The notes below the pieces were generated by a model, which was not told the origin of the DNA, did no database searches, and saw nothing but the letters and a program-made list of their open reading frames with translations. Below, piece by piece: positions 10,534 to 20,760 of a stretch of 64,000 bases of DNA. Within the stretch, counting starts at the first letter, position 1, and the number at the start of each line of letters is the position of its first letter. Position numbers and translations under genes: made by a program. Source of the DNA: Sedimentisphaerales bacterium (lineage in GTDB: Bacteria > Planctomycetota > Phycisphaerae > Sedimentisphaerales > Anaerobacaceae); the NCBI GenBank assembly GCA_963708075.1, contig OY970194.1, positions 1,696,001-1,760,000 of the forward strand, in the 5' to 3' direction.

Positions 10534-11628
10534 TCATACCGCCAGCCGAGGCTTCAGTTCTCCCTTGTACGCCGGTTGCTGCCCGTCCCACAGCGCGTAG
10601 GGAAGGACGAAATGGTGGCTGTATGCATCGCGGATCTCCGCCAGAGGTCGCCGGGTGAGAACTTGCGGATCAGAGAGAACCTTCGTCAGGATCAGGTACT
10701 CACCCTCGACGGCTCCCCATCGTTTCTTGAACTCATACACGCCGCTCTCACGTGACGGGCTGGATTGCCAGTTGAGCCACTTGATTCCGAGATCCATGTA
10801 GTACTTCACTGCGGCATCGACGACGGGCACGTTCGCGTTCAGTTCCATCCCCGCCTCATTGTACGCACAGGAGAAGTAGTCCACAATGCCGCGTCCTCTG
10901 ACAAAGAGCCCTCCCCCAAGCAACTCCGCCTGCTGATAGGCCAGAAAGAGTTCCGCTTTCCCCAAGGGCGCGAAACTCTTCCAAGATTCCATCAGAAATT
11001 GCCTGGGCAACGGCCGGACGCCGATCTCGGCATACCGGTCCTTGTAGATATCCAGCCAGGTCTCGACCTCCGCAACCGTCTCGGCCAGCCGCACTGTGAC
11101 ACCCAGCGAGACCGCTCGCTGGAGCCGATTCACGATCCGGTGCCGGGCCTTCGAATTCAGGCAATCGAGAGGATGCCGATCCAAGTCATTATACTGAAAG
11201 AAGTTACTGAAGCAGTATTCCGGCTCCAGGGTTAAGACATACAAGGCTGTGACGCGCTCGTGGAACGGCGGTATGGCCACCGACATTGTCACACAGCCCA
11301 CGGACTTGGCGTGCTCCGCTATGGACCGCATCAATGCCGGGATGACCTCTCCCTCGCGGTCAGGGACACAGGAGCAACCCCCATAGCCCATGAAGGGGTT
11401 GGCATGAGCAATCGCCCCCAGAGGCCCCCGAAACACGGTATAATTGGCCGTGCCCAAGATCTTGCCGTCCTCGGAGGCCACGGCAACATAGAAATCCTCG
11501 CCCTTCAGCCGCGAGAAAACGTACGCCCAGCGAGGATCATGCTGTGCTGGAACATACTCAAGTTGGTCGAAAAATGCAAGTACAGCGTCAAAGGGCGCAC
11601 TTTGCCCCGCGTAAACCGCCACGTCCAT
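10534..11628 (-). CDS. FemAB-like GNAT-family protein
   Basis: PFMGYGG, tandem GNAT layout and SGVYEFKKRWGA. Confidence 0.85.
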   Translation of the reverse strand: MDVAVYAGQSAPFDAVLAFFDQLEYVPAQHDPRWAYVFSRLKGEDFYVAVASEDGKILGTANYTVFRGPLGAIAHANPFMGYGGCSCVPDREGEVIPALMRSIAEHAKSVGCVTMSVAIPPFHERVTALYVLTLEPEYCFSNFFQYNDLDRHPLDCLNSKARHRIVNRLQRAVSLGVTVRLAETVAEVETWLDIYKDRYAEIGVRPLPRQFLMESWKSFAPLGKAELFLAYQQAELLGGGLFVRGRGIVDYFSCAYNEAGMELNANVPVVDAAVKYYMDLGIKWLNWQSSPSRESGVYEFKKRWGAVEGEYLILTKVLSDPQVLTRRPLAEIRDAYSHHFVLPYALWDGQQPAYKGELKPRLAV

Positions 11629-11823
11629 GATTCCATCCCTCACTCACGTCCATACACCCATCCACCGCGCCGCTGCATCCTAGCGGACCTCCTGCCATCA
11701 GCGGCATTTCGCGTCAGGTCACATCCAGCATCGCCTCGACTGCGAAGCTCCCAGTGACCTGTCGCGATGCTATTTGGGTAGCGAGTTTCCTATACACCAT
11801 TCAGGCGGAAAAAGCAAGAGAAT

Positions 11824-12966
11824 TCACCCCGTAAAAGCAAGTTTTTTCATAATTTTGCGTAGAGTATCGGCGCAGAAGCGTATTTGTTCGTCGGTCAAGT
11901 CCGAGTAGAGCGGCAAAGCCAGCCCTCGTGACGCCAGTCGTTCCGATACAGGCAACTGTCCCGGCTGATATCCGAACATGCGGCCATACACATCCTGCGA
12001 GTGAGCCGCGACGGAGCCCGGGCCCGCGCCGACGCCCTCGCCTGCCAGCGCCTCCACAACCGCCTGCTGGCTCATGGTCTCGTCCAGGACGACCATGAAT
12101 GTCTGCCACGTGTGCTCAGGACTGGCGGCCGGCAGGCGAATCCCCGGGCAATCCTTCAGTTGGTCCAGGTACTGCCCAACGATCTGACGCCGACGGGCCA
12201 GAATGGCGGAAAACTTCCCCAGTTGCACCTGGCCGACCGCCGCCTGCAACTCGGTCATTCGATAGTTGAATCCGGCCTCCTGAAAGTCACGGCAGCCGCC
12301 GCGAAGGATCTGGCCGTGGTTGCGCCACATCCGGCAGGCCTCAGCCAAGGCATCGTCGTTCGTCACGATCGCCCCGCCCTCGCCTGTGGTGACAGCCTTT
12401 CTGGGATGAAAGCTGAAGATGCCCATGCAGCCGAATGTGCCGACGGGCACGTGGCTGTATGTGGCGCCCAGCGCACAGGCGGCATCCTCTATCGTCTGCA
12501 GATGGAATTCACGCGCAATGTCGAGGACGGCATTCAGGTCAGCCGCCAACCCGAACTCATGCACCGGCACAACCACACGTGGTTTGCCCCAGTTCTGCGA
12601 CAGGCATTGCTGAATCTGCCGACGCAGGTCCACGGGGTCCATGTTGTACGTGTCGGGCAGAACGTCCACGAGCACGGGCCGTGCGCCGACAGCAATCGCC
12701 ATGTTCGCCGCCGAAGGCCAGGCAAAGCTCGGGATGAACACTGCATCCCCCGGGCCCAGGCCCAGCGCCAGATAGCACACGTGCAGGGCTGCCGTGCCGG
12801 AAGAGACGGCGACACAATGCTTCGTGCCATGCATCGCGGCAATGGTCTTCTCGAAAGCCGCAACCTCCGGGCCCTGAACGACCCAGCCGCAGGCCAGGAC
12901 TCGACGGATCGCTTCGACTTCACGATCGTCGAATGTCGGCTTTGCCAGTGGAAATCGAATCTCCAT
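11824..12966 (-). CDS. DegT/DnrJ/EryC1/StrS sugar aminotransferase
   Basis: GWVVQGP, SSGTAALH, IEDAACALG and FSFHPRKAVTTGEGG motifs. Confidence 0.95.
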   Translation of the reverse strand: MEIRFPLAKPTFDDREVEAIRRVLACGWVVQGPEVAAFEKTIAAMHGTKHCVAVSSGTAALHVCYLALGLGPGDAVFIPSFAWPSAANMAIAVGARPVLVDVLPDTYNMDPVDLRRQIQQCLSQNWGKPRVVVPVHEFGLAADLNAVLDIAREFHLQTIEDAACALGATYSHVPVGTFGCMGIFSFHPRKAVTTGEGGAIVTNDDALAEACRMWRNHGQILRGGCRDFQEAGFNYRMTELQAAVGQVQLGKFSAILARRRQIVGQYLDQLKDCPGIRLPAASPEHTWQTFMVVLDETMSQQAVVEALAGEGVGAGPGSVAAHSQDVYGRMFGYQPGQLPVSERLASRGLALPLYSDLTDEQIRFCADTLRKIMKKLAFTG

Positions 12967-13949
12967 TACGCCGACGCTCCGTGGAAATACTCCGCCGTTT
13001 TGGCTATGCCCTCTTCCAGGTCCACCTTCGCCTCGAAGCCAAGCAACTCTCGAGCCTTCGCCACACTGGGGACTCGCAACTCGACATCCGCGTAGTCTTT
13101 TGCCGCGAAGAGAATCTTCGATGGCGAATTGAGAACGCGTACGATGGTTTGAGCCAGGCCGTAGATCGTCAACACCGCCCGGGCATTGCCGATGTTGAAG
13201 GATTCACCGACTGCCTTCGGGTGCGTCATGGCGAGCATAAGCCCATCGACGAAATCATCGATGTAACACCAGGCCCTGATCTGATTTCCCTCGCCATGAA
13301 TCTGGATGTCCTTACCCGCCAGCGCGCGTTCCACGAAGATCTTGATGGCCCCTTCGCCCACCTGGCCCGGGCCGTAAATGTTGAATGGCCTGAGCGTCGC
13401 CGTCGGCATCCAGTATTCATCGTGGTACGCCTTGGTCAAATGCTCGCCGGCAAGCTTGCTGACGGCGTACGTCCAGCGTGCCTCCCCCACAGCCCCGATG
13501 TGTGTGGTGTGGTTCTCCTCCGCGCGAAACGCCGACTGCCCGAACACCTCGCTGGTGGAGAAATCCACAAATCGCTGCAGGTCGGGCAGCTCCCGCGCCG
13601 CCTCCAGGGCGTTGGCCGTCCCGATCATGTTTACCCGCATCGTTTCGGTGGGCCGTTTGATCACCGTGTCGATGCCGGCGATGGCCGCACAATGGATGAC
13701 ATAATGGGCCCCCGCCATGGCCGCCTTGAGGCTCGCGAAATCCAGCACATTCCCTTTGACAATCCGCAGATTGGGGTGGGAATGGTAGGGCTTGGAGCTC
13801 AAAGAGTCACGACGAAAGTCGTCATAGACGATGATAGTGTTGTCATCGATCAGCCGCTCGATCAACGTCGAGCCGATGAACCCTGCTCCACCTGTGATAA
13901 AGATGTTCTTATTCTTAACCAGTTTTGATGCCATCACATACCTCGCCAT
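12966..13949 (-). CDS. NAD-dependent epimerase/dehydratase (extended SDR)
   Basis: [22 protein letters not shown] and RPFNIYGP motifs. Confidence 0.93.
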   Translation of the reverse strand: MARYVMASKLVKNKNIFITGGAGFIGSTLIERLIDDNTIIVYDDFRRDSLSSKPYHSHPNLRIVKGNVLDFASLKAAMAGAHYVIHCAAIAGIDTVIKRPTETMRVNMIGTANALEAARELPDLQRFVDFSTSEVFGQSAFRAEENHTTHIGAVGEARWTYAVSKLAGEHLTKAYHDEYWMPTATLRPFNIYGPGQVGEGAIKIFVERALAGKDIQIHGEGNQIRAWCYIDDFVDGLMLAMTHPKAVGESFNIGNARAVLTIYGLAQTIVRVLNSPSKILFAAKDYADVELRVPSVAKARELLGFEAKVDLEEGIAKTAEYFHGASA

Positions 13950-14040
13950 TGTAAGTTAGCGAATACTCTCACCCTGTGGCTCGCAGGCAATGTCATCCTG
14001 CCTGTCGCGAGAATTGCCGGTCGGGAACCATGGTCCTGCA

Positions 14041-15009
14041 CTACAGATGCTTCTTGAGGAACGGATGGAAGTCGCCCCTGAGCCCGATGGCCTTGCTGCG
14101 GCGGATGTCGGAGACGGTCTGGATCGCTGCTTTGGCCTCGGTGAGACCGAATCCCCGCCCCGCAAGGATACCCTCGTAGCTCCTCGTGTGCAGGTCCGTG
14201 AACCCGCCGCTGAACTCGACCTCCTCACCGTCCACGGTGATGGAGCGAAATGTGCCGGTCTTCTCCTGCGGATACTTGGGCAGATCTCGCCCGTCGATCG
14301 ACAGGAACCATCTGACCCTGGCGCGCTTCAACTCGAGGAATCCGGCCGCCTTGGCGGGCTCATCCAGGTGGACAATGTTGTACTGGACCTCGCCGAAGAT
14401 CCACTGGAGCATGTCGAAGAAGTGGACCCCGATATTGGTCGCGACGCCGCCGGATTTCTCAACGCTGCCCTTCCAGGAGGCCATGTACCATCTTCCCCGC
14501 GGCGTGATGTAGGTCAAATCAATGTCATGCTTCTTGTCTGCGGGGGCGGCGTTGATCTTTTCCTGCAGCGCGGCAATCGCCGGATGCAGGCGCAACTGCA
14601 GAATCGTGTGCACCTGCCTGCCTGTCTCCTCCACGATCTGTTCGAGGGCATCCACGTTCCAGGGATTCAACGTGATAGGCTTCTCACAGATTGCATCGGC
14701 GTCGATGCGCAAAGCAAACCGGATGTGGGCATCATGCAGGTAATTTGGGGAACAGATCGACACGTAATCCACTTTCTCCCCGCTGCCGCGACGGCGCTTC
14801 TCCAGATGCCGATCGAAGCGCTCGAACTCCGTGAAGAAGTGCGCCTCCGGGAAATAGGAGTCGATGACGCCAACGGAGTCGTTCTTGTCCAATGCAGCGA
14901 CCAACTCGTTGCCGGTGTCCTTAATGGCCTTCATATGCCGCGGAGCGATGAACCCGGCGGCACCAACCAATGCGAACTTTTTCACTGCTCCAGCCTCGAC
15001 AGTTACCAT
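14041..15009 (-). CDS. wbpB: Gfo/Idh/MocA oxidoreductase, WbpB/WlbA-like UDP-GlcNAcA 3-dehydrogenase
   Basis: FALVGAAGFIAPRH, FFTEFERFDRH, ICEKP, SWKG...SGGVATNIGVHFFD and FTDLHT motifs. Confidence 0.85.
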   Translation of the reverse strand: MVTVEAGAVKKFALVGAAGFIAPRHMKAIKDTGNELVAALDKNDSVGVIDSYFPEAHFFTEFERFDRHLEKRRRGSGEKVDYVSICSPNYLHDAHIRFALRIDADAICEKPITLNPWNVDALEQIVEETGRQVHTILQLRLHPAIAALQEKINAAPADKKHDIDLTYITPRGRWYMASWKGSVEKSGGVATNIGVHFFDMLQWIFGEVQYNIVHLDEPAKAAGFLELKRARVRWFLSIDGRDLPKYPQEKTGTFRSITVDGEEVEFSGGFTDLHTRSYEGILAGRGFGLTEAKAAIQTVSDIRRSKAIGLRGDFHPFLKKHL

Positions 15010-15800
15010 TCCCTGTACCTTCTATCAACGGTTCTCATTCAGCGACCCCACCCGATCCGGCTAACGGAAGGCAGTACACGAGCACGGAGCAGGCATTTTG
15101 CACACCGCCGTCGGGCAGGCACACCGCCTCTTGGTCCTCGCTCTTGTGTCTCCGGGCAGACTCCGTCCCCGTCGGCTGCACTCGGCCAACTGCCATAACG
15201 TCATGTATGACAGGGCTTTACGGAGTTGTCCAACCTGTCATACACCACATCATGCGATGCCCGCGACTGTCCCCAGCTCTCGGCGTGTATCGTCGCCTTT
15301 TGCAGCTTTGGTAACGGTATTATCGTCCCATTCGGACAACATAGTTAAGCATTTCGGGCAATCAGTTTCCGGCCGGGAGGATTCTATCAGGGTCTGTCCC
15401 CCTCCAACCAGGCTCGGACGCGGCCGTGCGTGTTCCGCCTGGGGCTTCCCAGAAGACCCCGCAGAGAATTCCTGTCCCGGCAAGTGCTCGAACCTCTGTT
15501 CCAAGCACCCTCCATCGAGCAAAAGTGCGGGAAAGGCAAGGGATAGCACCGCCCGGACCCGGCCGTTGTCGACTGCCCGACACGTCCCACGACCATCCCA
15601 ATCCGTACTATGCCCTCTAAGTGACTCCCTAGCAAGCATTTATGCGCGACCATAACCCTCACAGCCAAAACCGGTCTGGTCTCGCGATGGCTCCACGCCA
15701 CTCCCAACGAACACATCCCATCGAACTGCCAATCGCCCAAATCCCCTACCAGGGGCATGATTCCCACCCCATCCATGTGGAATCGCGCTGACAGCGTCCC

Positions 15801-15829
15801 TTTATATGGGGACACCTGCCTGGTGTCAA
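15801..15829 (-). promoter_or_regulatory. Sigma70-like promoter facing the polysaccharide operon
   Basis: Minus strand TTGACA-N17-TATAAA. Confidence 0.6.
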
Positions 15830-16055
15830 GTCCCTCAAGTAAGGAAAAGGATAGGTTTGTGACCAAACCCGTGCACTTCCGATAACGAGCGGATACGGGA
15901 CTTGACGTGCACCGGCCAGGTCGCGACGGCCGTAAGTCTTGGAACCCGGGGGGCATTTCGTAGACTTTTGTTGAAGACTAGCGCAAACTATGCTTTGGCA
16001 TAGATCGAATGGTTCTGGGGGTAACAAAATGACACGGTTGGACGTATTATGCAGG

Positions 16056-19000
16056 ATGGGACACGACCGATATTCACCGGCTTCTCGAATGCGCGGCGCT
16101 CTTGTGGCGGCACTACTGTGCCTGGCCATGATCGAATCATCCGCGGCTGCCGCGACGTACTTCGTGGATCCTGTATCCGGGAACGACGCCGGCGACGGAC
16201 TGAGTCGTGAAAGTGCCTGGAAGACGATTCCACACGCAGAACAGAATGCCGCCAAGGCTTCCACCGTCTACCTGCTGAGCGGCAATTACGGGGCTGTCTC
16301 CATCGCCGGCGCCGGCAACGGCGGCCGGGCAAGCTGGACGGACGCCGTCATGCTGACCCCCTACCCGGGGGATTCGCCTGTCCTCAGCGGACTCCTGATT
16401 CAGGGAAACGTGCGCAGGTACCTGATCCTTGACAAGCTGTTGATCCAGTGCCTGGAAGGCAATGGCTCCGCCATCCCTGTCAACATCCAGTCGGGTGAAT
16501 ACATCAAAATCCAGAACTGCGAGATCCGGGGCGTGCTCGGAAGAGACGCAGAGGGCAGGTACAACAACGCGCTATCGACCTTCAACCTTGTCGAGATGGG
16601 TCATCCCTATACTTCCTCCGGCATCGGCAACATCTTCATCACCGGCTGCAACATTCACACCGGAGGCGCCAACGGCATGTCGATCAAGGGGCCCTACTCC
16701 GGTGACATCTGGATACAGTCAAACGAGATTCACAACTTCGGCGCGAGCGGAATCGGCCTCGCCGGCGCCACGAATGGCTACCGGTCCTACCTTCAGAACA
16801 ACAGGATCTATATCCAGGAGTCCGTCTGGGTCTCGACCGCATCCGTCCCCGAATACTATCATGGGTCGGGCCTGAGCATACGCGTGGCAGACGTCACGGC
16901 CACGGGCAATATCATGCGCGCCTGCGGAGCGAGCACAACAATCACCTGCTACCGGGACATATTCGCCCAGGACGGCTATCGAAACATGGTGTTCGAGAAC
17001 AACCTTATTTACGATCCTCTCAACAGTTCCAACGCCATCCGGCTCGAAGACATCGGCAGTAATTTCGTGTTCAATAACAACACGATCTTCGGTTCCCACT
17101 CGGGAGGCACCAAGGGCGTCTACTACTACAGGAACGTACTGTACATCACGCGCTTCGCCCCGGGATGTGACCGGGCCACCGTCCAGTTCTGCAACAATCT
17201 TCTCGCCGGCTACACAGCCGGGTTCGATGGAGTCGGTATCAAGTGTGTTGGCAACATCATCCATGCGTATGGCACCGCAGGTCCGGTCTGGCGCGATCAG
17301 AACTGGGTGAACGCGAACCTGCCGGGCAACCGCGTGCTCTGCTGGAGCACCATAACCGACAATGTGGAATTCCGCACGTCCGGCCGCATTTTCCAGGGCG
17401 GTCCACTTTTCGACCAGTACGCCACCACGTATCCGAACGGCGGTCCTCACCGGGTCGATCTGGGCGACTCGTACTCACTGGCGCAAGGCAGCCAGGCCAT
17501 CGGATATGGCACGGCGGCGTACGCGCCGACGCGCGACATCAAAGGCTTTCTGCGCGATAGCTCGCCGGATGCCGGCTGCTACGAGTATAAGGCGGGCGGC
17601 GTCGGCAACAGTGGCCCGGTGTTCGCCGCGATCGGGAACAAAGAGGCCACGGCCGGCACACGTCTGACGTTCCAGGTGAGCGCCAGCGATCCCAATGGGG
17701 ACACCCTGACCTACTCCGCCTCCAATCTCCCGCAGGGGGCGACGTTCTCTGGACAGACCTTCGAGTGGACCCCCGCGGCCGATCAGGTCGGCAACCATTC
17801 GGTGACGTTTACCGTCAGCGATGGGCAGTCCCAGGATTCCCAGACGATCACGATCGCCGTCGCCGCGGCTCCCATTCCGAACTCGGCGCCTCTGCTCGGG
17901 GCCGTCGGGGGCAAGTCCGTCAATGAGAACGAGCTGTTGAGCTTCACGGTCAGCGCGACCGATGCTGATGCACAGGACACGCTGAGCTATTCCGCCACCG
18001 GCCTGCCGAACGGCGCCGGGTTCTCCGGGCAGACCTTCAATTGGACGCCCGGCTACAGCCAGGCGGGCAGCTATCAGGTGACATTCATCGTCAGTGACGG
18101 CCGCGTCCAGGATTCCGAGACCGTCACGATCTCCGTGGCAAACGTCAACCGGGCGCCGGCACTGAATAGTGTCAGCGACCGATCCGTCGATGCCGGCAAC
18201 GCGCTGGAGTTCAGCCTCTCGGCCGTCGACGTGGATGGGGACAATCTTACGTATTCGGCCACAGGTCTGCCGGAAGGCGCAAACCTGACTGGCCCGAGTT
18301 TCACCTGGACGCCCACATCCAGCCAGATCGGCTCGTACGACATCACCTTCACCGCCAGCGACGGCAGTCTTGGCGATGCCAAGATGGCCACCGTCGTGGT
18401 GGTAGCCACCCAGCCCGACACCGCCGCGCCGGTAGTAGCCCGGAGCACGCCGGAGGCCGACGCGATTCAGGTGCCCTTGAACAGCCTCGTGACGCTTGAG
18501 GTCACTGATGCGGGCACAGGCGTGAACGCCGCCACCGTCGTGATCCAGGTGAACGATCAGGTCGTCTACCAGGGCAACGAGGCAGTTTATGCAAGTTCGT
18601 ACGGCCGTTGCAGCCGGTCCGGCTCCAAGAACGACTATCGATACATCTATCAGCCCAACCAGATGTTCGAGTTCGATCAGACGGTGGCGGTGAAGGTCAG
18701 TGCCGCCGATCTTCAGGGCAACGCCATGAACGAGTACTCCTACTCGTACCTGACGGAGATGAGGTCGTTCGGAACGAATAACCAGGTGAGCAAAGGCACA
18801 GGCTCGTCCGGCACGAGCAAGCCCGTGACCGTACGAGATACGGCCGGGAACCTGTGGGCAGCCTGGCATGCAGGTCCCCAGGGGGGCAGGGATATCTACG
18901 TGGCAAAGCTGGCCAGCGGCAGCGAGGTCTTCCAGACTCCCGTACGGCTGACCGCCGACAGCCAGGACCAGTGCAATCCGGACCTGGCCGCGGGGCCGGA

Positions 19001-20470
19001 CGGCAAAGTGTATGTTGCCTGGCAGGACAACCGCCGCGGCAACTGGGATATCTTCGCGTCCGTCAACGCCGACCGTCAGAACTTCTCCAAGGAAACCCGC
19101 GTCTCGGATTCCAACGACAACGAGATCAACCCCGCCATCGCCGTGGATGGCCAATCGCCCAGCCGTGTCTACGTCGCTTGGCAGGACGGCCGCAACGGCA
19201 ATCAGGACATCTACGTGGCCGGCTCGGCGAATGCATTCGTCGCCACCACCATATCGAGGGTGACGACAGATATGGCGGATCAGACAGAGCCCGACATCAC
19301 AGTCGACGGACAGAATATCGCGTACGTCGTGTGGACGGACATGCGAAACGGTCAGGCCGACCTCTACGGGGCCGCCTCCAGTGCCGGTCCATGGACCAAT
19401 GTGCCCATCGTCACTTCCGCCGGCGAGCAGACCGGTCCGGCAGTAGCCGCCGAGCCCGGCGGATCCTGCCTGCACCTGCTGTGGGTGGACAACGCCGGCG
19501 GCGATCAGGACATCTACTACGCATCGTTGTCCGGCCTGCCCGATAGTCCCGTGGCCGGTCGCAATATCGTGGACGACACATCCGGTGCAAATCAGACATC
19601 GCCGGCCATCGCTTGCGGCCCCAATGGCACGGCCTTCGCTTGCTGGCAGGATTCGCGCCATGAGGCGCAAATGCCGATGCGGATCTCTACTTCGCCGAGC
19701 TGAAATCCGGAACTGCCGGAACCAACGTTCTGGTGGGCGACAACAATACCAACAGCGGGCAGAGCGAGCCCGCCATCGGCGTGAACCTGTACGGCCATCC
19801 CTATGTGATCTGGTCGGACGATCGGGATCAGCAGACGCAAGTCTACTACGCCGCCGGGACGTTCATCGATCCCGAGCCGTTGGACTACAGACTTGTGGCG
19901 GCCTCCGCCGGAGCCACCGTCGGGACCGATCCCGCCGCCATCAGCAAGGTGGAGGACGTCTCCATCGTCGTGCCTCCCGGAGCCTGCCGCAGCGACCTCC
20001 GCGTGACGATATCGAGAGTCGTCAACCCTCAGGTCAAGTCCCTTGAGTGCCTGGGGAGCTATGACTTCGGGCCCAGCGGTATCGACTTCGATCTGCCGGT
20101 CACCGTCACGATTCCGTATCGTTTCTCCGGCGGCAAGCGTAATGCCCGGCCCTACTGGTATGACGCGCTCACGGGCGCTCTGAGCCAGCAGGGAATTACG
20201 GAGGTGGAGAGTGTCGTCATCTCATCGAATTTGAACGCCCTGCGGTTCAAGACGACGCACTTCACGGCGTTCTATCTCGTCGCCGGCGATTCCGAGTCGG
20301 GCACTGCATTCAGCGACGACGCAGGCATAGGCGGCTGCTCCATCTCGGCCACCGGCAAGGGCTCGCCAATGGAACTGCTGATTCCATACGCCGCCATCGC
20401 AACGATCATGATCATTTTGCGACGGCGAGACAGGCGCAGGCAGAAGCTCCTCGACAAGATTCAAGAGTAG
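16056..20470 (+). pseudogene. Large secreted surface protein (beta-helix, three Ig/cadherin-like repeats, Ig domain, beta-propeller repeats, C-terminal GGC+TM+basic anchor) split by a frameshift near 19662
   Basis: Signal peptide (RGALVAALLCLAMIESSAAA); repeats SATD.DGD.LTYSA..LP.GA...FTWTP and VYVAWQD.R.GN.DIY. After WQDSRH the repeat continues in another frame (GANADADLYFAEL...) into ORF 19733..20470. Start uncertain (16029/16056/16089). May be an assembly error rather than a pseudogene. Confidence 0.8.
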
Positions 20471-20509
20471 GCGTTCAGCTCAGCACTGACACGCACACTG
20501 TGACAACCC

Positions 20510-20549
20510 GCCGGCCCGCGGCCAGCTCCCTCGGGCCGGCATTTTCTTT
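20510..20549 (+). terminator. Probable intrinsic terminator
   Basis: GCCGGCCCG/CGGGCCGGC stem followed by ATTTTCTTT, 40 bp after the stop codon. Confidence 0.55.
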
Positions 20550-20622
20550 GCGCATCCCCCCTGTCACACGATTGCAGCATGTGAATCGGCTCTCAGATTC
20601 TCAACGTGCAGATCCGGATTTC

Positions 20623-20716
20623 CGGGTGGCACGGGCAAACTTGTTGGCCCGTGGGGTCTCGGAGGATCAGGCACAATCAAATCAGCACCGTCAAACGAGT
20701 TTGGCGGTGCCACCCG
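20623..20716. repeat. REP-doublet element, family A (CGGGTGGCAC...GTGCCACCCG)
   Basis: Two palindromes in inverted orientation; a reverse-complement homologue lies at 46333-46425. Confidence 0.8.
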
Positions 20717-20760
20717 ACTTATGAGGGGTCCCAGACTGAACACGTACTGATGGATGCGGG

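Noticed and set aside
15100..15112. GGCGGTGTGC upstream of wbpB as an ops element
   Set aside because: Only a partial match to GGCGGTAG, and no RfaH-like gene is in the window.
15250..15956. Short ORFs in the divergent intergenic region
   Set aside because: No motifs, clear RBS or consistent codon pattern.
19661..19663. TGA as selenocysteine
   Set aside because: It is not in frame with the upstream coding sequence; a one-base deletion explains the break.
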